This document shows, one piece after another, positions 57,078 to 64,000 of a DNA stretch of 64,000 bases. The position numbers and the translations under genes were made by a program. Source of the stretch: Blastocatellia bacterium (lineage in GTDB: Bacteria; Acidobacteriota; Blastocatellia; UBA7656). The notes under the pieces are model-generated. The model did not search any database and had not been told where the DNA came from. It worked only from the letters and a program-made list of their open reading frames with translations. The stretch is from NCBI GenBank assembly GCA_963737945.1, contig CAVTUR010000010.1:66709-130708 (forward strand), in the 5' to 3' direction. Numbering within the stretch: position 1 is the first letter of the stretch; every line of letters starts with the position of its first letter.

Positions 57078-59159
57078 ATGAAAGAAAAACTCTGCCTGCT
57101 TTTGCTAACCGCCATGATTCTGGGCGCATTCGCTCCGCGGATATCAGCTAGCGCCTGGTTTGAGGAAGTGCCTACCGCTGCGACCCCCGACGACGACCGG
57201 TTCGAGCATCTCGCGCAACGTCTCGACGGCATTCGTCAACACCTCAAGATCCCGGGGATGTCCTGTGCGATCGTGAAGGACCAAAAGGTGGTCTGGGCCA
57301 GAGGATTCGGGTATGCCGATGTCGAGAACTTGATTCCAGCGACCGAGCACACTTCCTATCACCTCGCGTCGCTCACAAAGACCTTTGCGTCGACCATCCT
57401 GATGCAGCTGGTCCAGGAAGGTAAGGTCAAACTCGATGATCCGGTTTCCAAGTACGGTATCTTACTCGAAAGCGAAGGGGTCATTCGGGTCAAACATCTG
57501 TTTTCGCATACCTCCGAAGGCAACCCCGGCGAAGCCTACAGCTACAATGGCAATCGTTTCGCGGAGCTCGACAAGGTCATTCAGAAAGCAAGCGGCAAGT
57601 CCTTCGCCGAACTCCTGATCGCAAACATTCTCGATCCACTCGATCTAAAGGAGACGGCGCCAAATGTCTGGCCCATCGCCCATACCAAATCACCAGACAA
57701 AGCGGGACAGAAATTGGAAGACGACGTGAAGGCTGCCGTGATGAACATGGTCGGCGCAATCAACTCGAGCAACACTGAACAACTTGAACGATACCTCTCT
57801 CCCCAGCAGAACGCTTTCAGGCGCGACGGCGGATCGCTTGCTCCGTTTGTCGATGTCAGCGGACTTCGCGAGGATTTTCGCGCCGGCGTTAAGGTGAACA
57901 TTCAGGTCAACGACCTTGAAGCAGCCGTCTACGACAACACGGCTCTAACAACGTGCATTTTTACCCAGACCGTGACTCTTCCGAACGGACGCGTTCGGAG
58001 CGATGGGCCCTCGCGAGTCTCATTGGTGTGGAACAAGCAGGAGGGAACCTGGAAGATCGTTCATGGACACCAGTCGCCGCTGACCGAACCGTTGATCACC
58101 GAGAAACAGCGGCAGCGCTTCGATCTGGTTTCGAAGACGCTTGCTCAGCCGTATCAGCTCGATGACAAGTTCAACATCGTAAAGGGGCAGTATCCGAACC
58201 GGTTTAGTGTGTCCGCCGGACTGATGTCTTCGGTCCTCGACATGGCAAAGTACGATATTGCGATCGAGCAGAACCGATTCCTCACCAAAGAAACTCAGCA
58301 GCTCGCGTTCACCGCGATGGTTTCCACAAAAGGCGAGACTCTTCCGTACGGGCTGGGATGGTTTTCACAGAACTACAAAGGCACGCGACTGATCTGGCAC
58401 TACGGGTATTGGACGTGCAACTCCTCGCTCATCCTGAAGGTACCGGATCGCAACATCACCTTCATCGCGATGGCCAACACCGACAATCTGAGCCGCTCGA
58501 CTGATCTCGGCGCCGGCGACGTCACCAGTTCACCTGTCGGGCTCGCATTCCTGAAGACGTTCATCCTTCCCGAAATATTCAGAGGCCCGGCGCCGGAGAT
58601 AAACTGGCAAGGCTCGGTTGAGGAGCTGAAGCAGCAACTAAAGGCGACGGAGGGCAAGCCCTATGCCGATCTTGTGCGCAAAGAGGTGATGAACGAGTCG
58701 CGGTTCAACGCAAGCGTCGGAAGACCCGGTGATTCGTCGCAATTGTTCAAAGCCTACAGCGCTCTGTACGGATGGAGTCTGCCGGGCGACCTGGCCTCGA
58801 AAAAACCAATCGTCGAAATCGTCGAAATCGGGGACAACGCCGATAAATCGGCCGAGTTCACGCTGTCACAGGAACAGAGCGTTCACGTGTTTGCGGTCGG
58901 CGAAGGCCAAGACGGGGAGATGTTTGACTATGGCTGGATCGAAGACGAGAGAACGGGCAAGCGAGTCTGGGAGATGAAACAACCCGAAACAAAGCCCGCG
59001 GGTGGCGCGCCTAAGAACCGAATGATCAACATCAGCGTTACGCTTCCCGCGGGGAAATACAAATTGCGTTACAAGTCGGACGACTCTCATTCTTTCGACA
59101 ACTGGAACGCGTTTCCCCCGGCGATCAACTACTGGGGCATCGCACTCTACGCGAATTGA
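57078..59159 (+). CDS. secreted serine hydrolase (beta-lactamase/PBP-like domain, SLTK motif) fused to an NTF2/SnoaL-like domain and a C-terminal beta-rich domain
   Basis: Signal peptide MKEKLCLLLLTAMILGAFAP. HLASLTKTFASTILMQL (SxxK). The middle region has the DUF4440/SnoaL-like pattern (WNKQEGTWKIVHGH). Confidence 0.65.
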   Translation: MKEKLCLLLLTAMILGAFAPRISASAWFEEVPTAATPDDDRFEHLAQRLDGIRQHLKIPGMSCAIVKDQKVVWARGFGYADVENLIPATEHTSYHLASLTKTFASTILMQLVQEGKVKLDDPVSKYGILLESEGVIRVKHLFSHTSEGNPGEAYSYNGNRFAELDKVIQKASGKSFAELLIANILDPLDLKETAPNVWPIAHTKSPDKAGQKLEDDVKAAVMNMVGAINSSNTEQLERYLSPQQNAFRRDGGSLAPFVDVSGLREDFRAGVKVNIQVNDLEAAVYDNTALTTCIFTQTVTLPNGRVRSDGPSRVSLVWNKQEGTWKIVHGHQSPLTEPLITEKQRQRFDLVSKTLAQPYQLDDKFNIVKGQYPNRFSVSAGLMSSVLDMAKYDIAIEQNRFLTKETQQLAFTAMVSTKGETLPYGLGWFSQNYKGTRLIWHYGYWTCNSSLILKVPDRNITFIAMANTDNLSRSTDLGAGDVTSSPVGLAFLKTFILPEIFRGPAPEINWQGSVEELKQQLKATEGKPYADLVRKEVMNESRFNASVGRPGDSSQLFKAYSALYGWSLPGDLASKKPIVEIVEIGDNADKSAEFTLSQEQSVHVFAVGEGQDGEMFDYGWIEDERTGKRVWEMKQPETKPAGGAPKNRMINISVTLPAGKYKLRYKSDDSHSFDNWNAFPPAINYWGIALYAN

Positions 59160-59243
59160 AAACCGCCTTGGAGTTGCCTTGGGGTACGTTGGCGTGCTCC
59201 GAACAATGAGGCGGCAGAATATCCGAACCGAACGAGGAGACCT

Positions 59244-61736
59244 ATGGAAACTCTATTTCAAGATCTTCGGTACGCCGTTCGAGGCATGCGCAAGAGCCCG
59301 GGCTTTACGGCTGTGGCAGTCGTTTCGTTAGCGCTCGGCATCGGTGCGAATACTTCCATCTTCAGCGTGGTCAATACACTCCTGCTCAAACCACTCCCCT
59401 TCAAAAACCCCGATCAGCTTGCGCAGGTGTTCCGCCAGACGGATGAGTCCGGCAAAGGAGTTGAGGCCTCCGAGTTGTGGTCTTATCCGAAGTTCACCGC
59501 CCTCCGGGATAACAATGACTCGTTCGACCAAGTGGCGGCGGTCAGCAATCAGAACTTTGCGGTGACCGACTCGGAGAACCCGGAACGGCTCAGCACCGAG
59601 ATCGTTTCCGCGAGCTACTTTCCGATGCTTGGCGTACAGGCCGCGATCGGCCGCACCTTCACCTCTGAAGAAGATGAAACACCCGGCGCGCATCCGGTGG
59701 CGATTATCGGACACGGCGTTTGGCAGAGCCGGTTTGGCGCCGATTCGAGCGTGATCGGAAAAACGATCAGCTTGAATAAGGTGCCGCTGACGATCATCGG
59801 AGTGTTGCCCGAGGGATTCAAAGGCCAGAAGGGCACCGCCGAAGTCTGGGTTCCGATGATGATGGCGCCTCAACTGACCTTTCCGCGAAGGCTGGCGACG
59901 GCCTTCGCGCACTGGACCGAAGTGATCGGCCGGCTAAAGCAAGGTGTCAGCCTTGTCCAGGCCCAAAATGAAATGGGGATGGTCGCCGCGAAACTCTCGG
60001 AGGCAGTCCCAGTCCCTCCTTCGCTTGCCGGAAAGCTTCCATCCGAATCGATAAAGCTGAGCTCCTTGAAAGAAGCGAAGCTCGACCCCGCCATCGGCAG
60101 ATCGTTCCTGGTCTTGTTCGGCGCGGTGGGGTTCGTCCTGCTGATCGCGTGTGTCAACATCGCGAACCTGTTGCTTGGCCGCAGCGTGTCTCGCCAGAGA
60201 GAACTCGCCGTAAGAATGGCTCTGGGAGCAAGTCGCAGACGACTCATTCGTCAGTTGCTGACTGAAAGCGTGCTGCTGGCCTTCGCGGGTGGGCTCGCTG
60301 GCTTGCTCGTGGCGCTGTGGGGGGTCGACCTTCTATCGACTTTCAAACCCGCGGTTCAGGCTCAGCACGGCAGCTATCTAAGCGTGCTCGACTTCAGCAA
60401 GGCGAATATCGACGGTCAGGTGTTGGCATTCAACCTGTTGCTGTCGGTTTTCACCGGCGTCATTTTCGGCTTGTTGCCGGCGCTCCAAGTGTCGCGGGCC
60501 GACGTCAGCGCGGCGCTCAAAGAGGGCTCAAACGGTTTGAGTCGAAGATCAGGCACCTTCCGGCGACTCAGCCTGCGTAATCTACTGGCGATGACCGAAA
60601 TTGCTCTCACGCTTGTGTTGCTGATCGGCGCGGGGTTGATGATAAGGAGCTTCGCGCGATTGCAGGCCCTGCAGATCGGCTTTTCGCCCGATCACGTGAT
60701 GACGATGCGAGTGGAGCTCCCGAAGTACAAGCCCGAAGACGCAATCGCATTTGATGAGCAATTGATTGCAAGAGTCAACGCACTTCCGGGAGTCCAGTCA
60801 ACTACGGTCGCATCGGCTACCCCGCTGTCAAACAACTCGGCGGGCACGATCATGCGAATCAAAGGACAACCCGAGGGCGATTCCGATGATCTGGGCGTCG
60901 GGCTTCAAAGCGTCGCGCCCGACTACTTCAAGACACTCCGCGTCCCTGTGCTGACCGGTCGAACGTTTACAGAACAGGATCGCGCGGGCGCGAAACTGGT
61001 CGCGATCATCAATGAGAGCGCGGCGCGAAAGTTCTGGCCGCATGAAGACCCTATCGGCAAAGAAATATGGATCGGGGCCGGATGGGAACGAAACCAATTC
61101 GGTGAGGTCGTCGGCATCGTCGGCGATGTGAAATACGGGAAGGTCGAGGAAGCGTTCACGCCTCAGGTTTACGTTCCATATACGCAGCCCACGGAGCCGG
61201 CTTCATTTGTGATGGTGCGCACAGCAAACGATCCGGCACAAATCGTCGCAGCGGTGCGACGAGAAATCCTTTCGCTCGACAAGAGCGTTCCGATCTTTGA
61301 CGTAAGAACGATGGACGACCGCAGCCGGGACGCGACCTCGCGGACCATGTTCAGCACGCTGCTTCTGGGCATGTTCTCGGGCCTCGCTCTTGTGCTCGCG
61401 ACGGTGGGGATTTACGGGGTGATGTCTTATGCCGTGACGGGGCGCACTCGCGAGATAGGCGTGAGAATGGCTCTGGGAGCCCAACCCGGGAACGTCCTCG
61501 GATTGGTCATGCGTGACGGAATCACCGTGACGTTTGTTGGCCTGTTACTCGGGCTTGCTTTAGCCTTAGCAGCCACGCGTGTCCTCGGGAGCCAGCTCTA
61601 CGGGGTCGGAACAACCGACACGCTGACATTTGTGTCGGTATCGGTGTTGCTTGCCGCGGTGGCTCTCGCAGCGAGTTACATCCCGGCCCAGCGGGCAATG
61701 AAGATCGATCCGATGGTCGCGCTGAGATGCGAATGA
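59244..61736 (+). CDS. ADOP-type permease, paralog 5
   Basis: [41 protein letters not shown]. Confidence 0.85.
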   Translation: METLFQDLRYAVRGMRKSPGFTAVAVVSLALGIGANTSIFSVVNTLLLKPLPFKNPDQLAQVFRQTDESGKGVEASELWSYPKFTALRDNNDSFDQVAAVSNQNFAVTDSENPERLSTEIVSASYFPMLGVQAAIGRTFTSEEDETPGAHPVAIIGHGVWQSRFGADSSVIGKTISLNKVPLTIIGVLPEGFKGQKGTAEVWVPMMMAPQLTFPRRLATAFAHWTEVIGRLKQGVSLVQAQNEMGMVAAKLSEAVPVPPSLAGKLPSESIKLSSLKEAKLDPAIGRSFLVLFGAVGFVLLIACVNIANLLLGRSVSRQRELAVRMALGASRRRLIRQLLTESVLLAFAGGLAGLLVALWGVDLLSTFKPAVQAQHGSYLSVLDFSKANIDGQVLAFNLLLSVFTGVIFGLLPALQVSRADVSAALKEGSNGLSRRSGTFRRLSLRNLLAMTEIALTLVLLIGAGLMIRSFARLQALQIGFSPDHVMTMRVELPKYKPEDAIAFDEQLIARVNALPGVQSTTVASATPLSNNSAGTIMRIKGQPEGDSDDLGVGLQSVAPDYFKTLRVPVLTGRTFTEQDRAGAKLVAIINESAARKFWPHEDPIGKEIWIGAGWERNQFGEVVGIVGDVKYGKVEEAFTPQVYVPYTQPTEPASFVMVRTANDPAQIVAAVRREILSLDKSVPIFDVRTMDDRSRDATSRTMFSTLLLGMFSGLALVLATVGIYGVMSYAVTGRTREIGVRMALGAQPGNVLGLVMRDGITVTFVGLLLGLALALAATRVLGSQLYGVGTTDTLTFVSVSVLLAAVALAASYIPAQRAMKIDPMVALRCE

Positions 61737-61972
61737 TGGTTCAGGGTTCGGAGTTCAGGGTTCAGGGTTCTGGGTTCAGGGTTCTGGGTTCGGAGTTCTG
61801 GGTTCAGGGTTCGGAGTTCAGGGTTCGGAGTTCGGGGTTCCTTTGGGGTTTGTCGGCATGCTGAAGCTTGTACTCTGACCCTGAACTCTGAACCCAGAAC
61901 CCAGAACCCTGAACCCCGAACCCAGAACTCTGAACCCTGAACCCTGAACCCTGAACTCTGTAAGTGAGAATC
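61737..61972. repeat. giant palindromic heptamer array: about 15 x GGTTCAG-type units, a ~20-nt loop, then about 13 x CTGAACC-type units
   Basis: Starts one base after the ADOP5 stop. The left arm is ggttcagggttcggagttcagggttcagggttctgggttcagg... and the right arm is ...ctctgaccctgaactctgaacccagaacccagaaccctgaacc... Confidence 0.85.
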
Positions 61973-62043
61973 AGTATTCGATTTCGAGTTTAGACGTTAC
62001 AAATCCCGCTCGCAGGCCTTACAATGCGCCGTGGAGGATTACC

Positions 62044-62637
62044 GTGAAGAGACATGGCGCTCCCCTCGCACTAGGAATTCTAGTCCTGATGGCCGGCCCG
62101 CTTCAGGAGCAAACTGCCCGCGGGAAATCTGTTTCTGAGGCCTCCCATCCAGATCAGAACACCACACAGTCGGAGTGGAAACCTTTCTCGCCAAAACAAG
62201 GGGGGTTCTCGGTACTCCTTCCCGGCACGCCGACGGAGGAAACTGAAGTAAGGGAGTTTCCGGTCGTGGGAAAGGGAGAGGCCCACGTGTTTGTCCTGAC
62301 AACTGAAGCGGGCGTCTATGTGGCAAGCTATTTGGAAGTTCCCGGACTAGCTCGTCAAAATCAGTCGTTTTGTGACAGCTTTGGGAAAGGTTTTCTGAAA
62401 ACCGTAGGAGAATCAACTGCAAAGGGCGCCGGGGGCAAAGTCGCGAAGGAGACCGATATTCTGTTTGGGAAGAATCCAGGTAAGGAAACACTCATCGAGG
62501 TTCCGGCAGGAACTGCGATGGCCCGAGCCTACTTCATAAGACGACGCGGGTATCAGTTGATAGCCGCTCCGGCCCCGGGCAGCGATCCGGCAAATGTCAA
62601 AAAGTTTCTGGATTCATTTAGGCTGACCGCTCCGTAA
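62044..62637 (+). CDS. hypothetical secreted protein
   Basis: GTG start. Signal peptide ALGILVLMAGPL. No recognisable domain. Confidence 0.4.
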   Translation: MKRHGAPLALGILVLMAGPLQEQTARGKSVSEASHPDQNTTQSEWKPFSPKQGGFSVLLPGTPTEETEVREFPVVGKGEAHVFVLTTEAGVYVASYLEVPGLARQNQSFCDSFGKGFLKTVGESTAKGAGGKVAKETDILFGKNPGKETLIEVPAGTAMARAYFIRRRGYQLIAAPAPGSDPANVKKFLDSFRLTAP

Positions 62638-62657
62638 CCAATGCGGACCCAAAGAAA

Positions 62658-63221
62658 TTGGAAAAGATGACGTTCAGTAAGAGACTTCTTCTCACGCTCT
62701 GGGTAGTATCTTGTGTGGTTTTCGCTCCTGCTCAAAACAAGAACAGTTCCGGCCAAAATAGGCCAGATCTATCTGGCGCGTGGGAGCGGAATCAGTCAAG
62801 AAGTACAAAGGATGGACGAGCGCTGCCGCCCGCTTCGGTGAGCCTTACGATCACTCACAATGAGCCGGAGCTAAGAGTAATGCGAAAAACCAACTCTAAG
62901 GGCAAAGAATCGATTAGTGAGAGGATTTATTATACTGACGGTCGTGGCGAAAGGAACTCGTCGCCCCTTCAAACAGCCCTGGTGAGAGGTGGCTTAAATC
63001 AAAGTGATTCGAAATCAAATGAAGTGAAATCAAAGACGAAGTGGCAGGGACACAAACTCGTATCTCGGTCCTCAACTCCTCTAGAAGTGCAAGGTAATCG
63101 GGTCTTCCTCGAGATAACTGAAACGTGGGAACTCTCCGAAGATGGCAAGACGATGACCATCGTTACCTCATTCATGCCTGGAAGAGCGACGAGAATCGAG
63201 GTTTTCGATCGCGTTCCGTGA
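62658..63221 (+). CDS. hypothetical secreted protein
   Basis: Signal peptide RLLLTLWVVSCVVFAPAQ. No recognisable domain. Confidence 0.4.
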   Translation: MEKMTFSKRLLLTLWVVSCVVFAPAQNKNSSGQNRPDLSGAWERNQSRSTKDGRALPPASVSLTITHNEPELRVMRKTNSKGKESISERIYYTDGRGERNSSPLQTALVRGGLNQSDSKSNEVKSKTKWQGHKLVSRSSTPLEVQGNRVFLEITETWELSEDGKTMTIVTSFMPGRATRIEVFDRVP

Positions 63222-63300
63222 GGACGCCTACTGTGCTCGAGCGTCGCGCCATGCGCGTTCCGGCGCTCCTGTTACCTTGAAATCGTGCGTCATGCGTTCC

Positions 63301-64000
63301 ATGGAAACCATACTTCAAGACATTCGTTACGGCTTTCGCTCGCTGATAATGACTCCTGCATTCACGGCTGTCGCCGTCATCGTGCTCGTGCTGGGCATCG
63401 GCGCCAACACCGCGATCTTCACCGTAGTCAACTCGGTGCTGCTTCGCCCGCTTCCCTATCCCGAATCCGATCAACTCGTGATGCTCTGGGAGACCAATCC
63501 TCGATTCCAGATCGGCGTCGATACGCTGCCAGTCACCCACGGCAACTTCATGGATTGGCGCGAGCAGAACAACGTCTTTGAGTATGTCTCGGCGCTGGGA
63601 GTCGGGCGGTGGAATCTCACCGACGCGGGCGAGCCTGAACGAATCAGCGGCGCGAGCGTCTCGGCGAACTTTTTCAGGTTGATGGGAACCGAACCTGAGC
63701 TCGGCCGCTCCTTTCGTGACGATGAAGAACGGCCGGGCGCGGGCAAGGTCATAGTCATCAGCCGGTCGCTGTGGAAACGCCGATTCGCCGGGCAAACCGA
63801 TGTGATTGGCAAAACAATGACGCTCGATGCTGAGAGCTACACCATCATTGGCGTCGCGCCAGAAGGTTTTCAGTTCCCTCGAGCGAAAGAGTTGCCGTTC
63901 TTCGTCGGAGTCGCCACTCAGACCGATCTATGGCGGCCTATGATTCTCGGCGACGACTTCATCAACAAGAGCCGCGCCAATCATCAACTCAGCGTAATGG
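63301..64000 (+). CDS. ADOP-type permease, paralog 6 (3' end outside the window)
   Basis: Frame 1 from ATG 63301 is open to the window end. [41 protein letters not shown]... Confidence 0.8.
   Translation, partial: METILQDIRYGFRSLIMTPAFTAVAVIVLVLGIGANTAIFTVVNSVLLRPLPYPESDQLVMLWETNPRFQIGVDTLPVTHGNFMDWREQNNVFEYVSALGVGRWNLTDAGEPERISGASVSANFFRLMGTEPELGRSFRDDEERPGAGKVIVISRSLWKRRFAGQTDVIGKTMTLDAESYTIIGVAPEGFQFPRAKELPFFVGVATQTDLWRPMILGDDFINKSRANHQLSVM

Overview
This window looks like a chromosomal segment from a GC-rich (about 58-60%) Acidobacteria-like soil bacterium. The lineage call is inference, based on six tandem Acidobacterial duplicated orphan permease (ADOP)-type double-FtsX permeases, two DUF1800-DUF1501 pairs and an Hfq with a long tail.

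Positions 1-28 kb carry mostly housekeeping genes: rpe, bamD, lpxB, an orphan NtrY-like histidine kinase, def, tmk, hfq, glgB and a GH57 glucan enzyme. Interleaved with them are two paralogous DUF1800-DUF1501 modules, one with a secreted CxxCH/IPT protein. Also present are a PilZ protein, a TolC-like outer-membrane (OM) channel, a TetR regulator with two identical operator palindromes, a beta-CASP MBL nuclease, and a LysR regulator divergent from a serine hydrolase.

Positions 28.99-31.54 kb hold a REP-associated tyrosine transposase (RAYT, IS200-like Y1 transposase) embedded between two tandem arrays of about 110-120 bp palindromic REP doublets (REPINs), roughly 6 copies upstream and 9 downstream. 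The array superficially looks like CRISPR but is not.

Positions 31.7-46 kb carry a Ser/Thr kinase with TPR repeats, an ECF sigma / anti-sigma / two secreted DUF4252-like proteins operon, a methyltransferase, a GNAT acetyltransferase, a GMC oxidoreductase with its Tat-signal small subunit, an ABC-2 exporter pair, a secreted AstE/AspA-family hydrolase co-transcribed with an orphan tandem-BMC-domain shell protein, an M28 peptidase, and a decayed Gp49/HigB-type toxin remnant upstream of an intact HTH antitoxin.

Positions 46-64 kb form a paralog array of six ADOP-type permeases, the last running off the window. Between them sit a four-helix-bundle (23S rRNA intervening-sequence family) gene, a decayed second copy of it, a two-domain serine hydrolase and two small secreted hypotheticals.

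The most unusual signal is a family of heptanucleotide tandem-repeat arrays resembling cyanobacterial short tandemly repeated repetitive sequences (STRRs), with units GCAATCG, GGTTCAG, GGTCAGA, AAATGRC, GAATGAT/GAAACCA and AAGGGAG. Most occur as inverted pairs that form very long hairpins at gene boundaries, and two of them extend in frame into coding sequences (lpxB and tmk). One pair brackets the four-helix-bundle gene like an rRNA intervening-sequence (IVS) stem.
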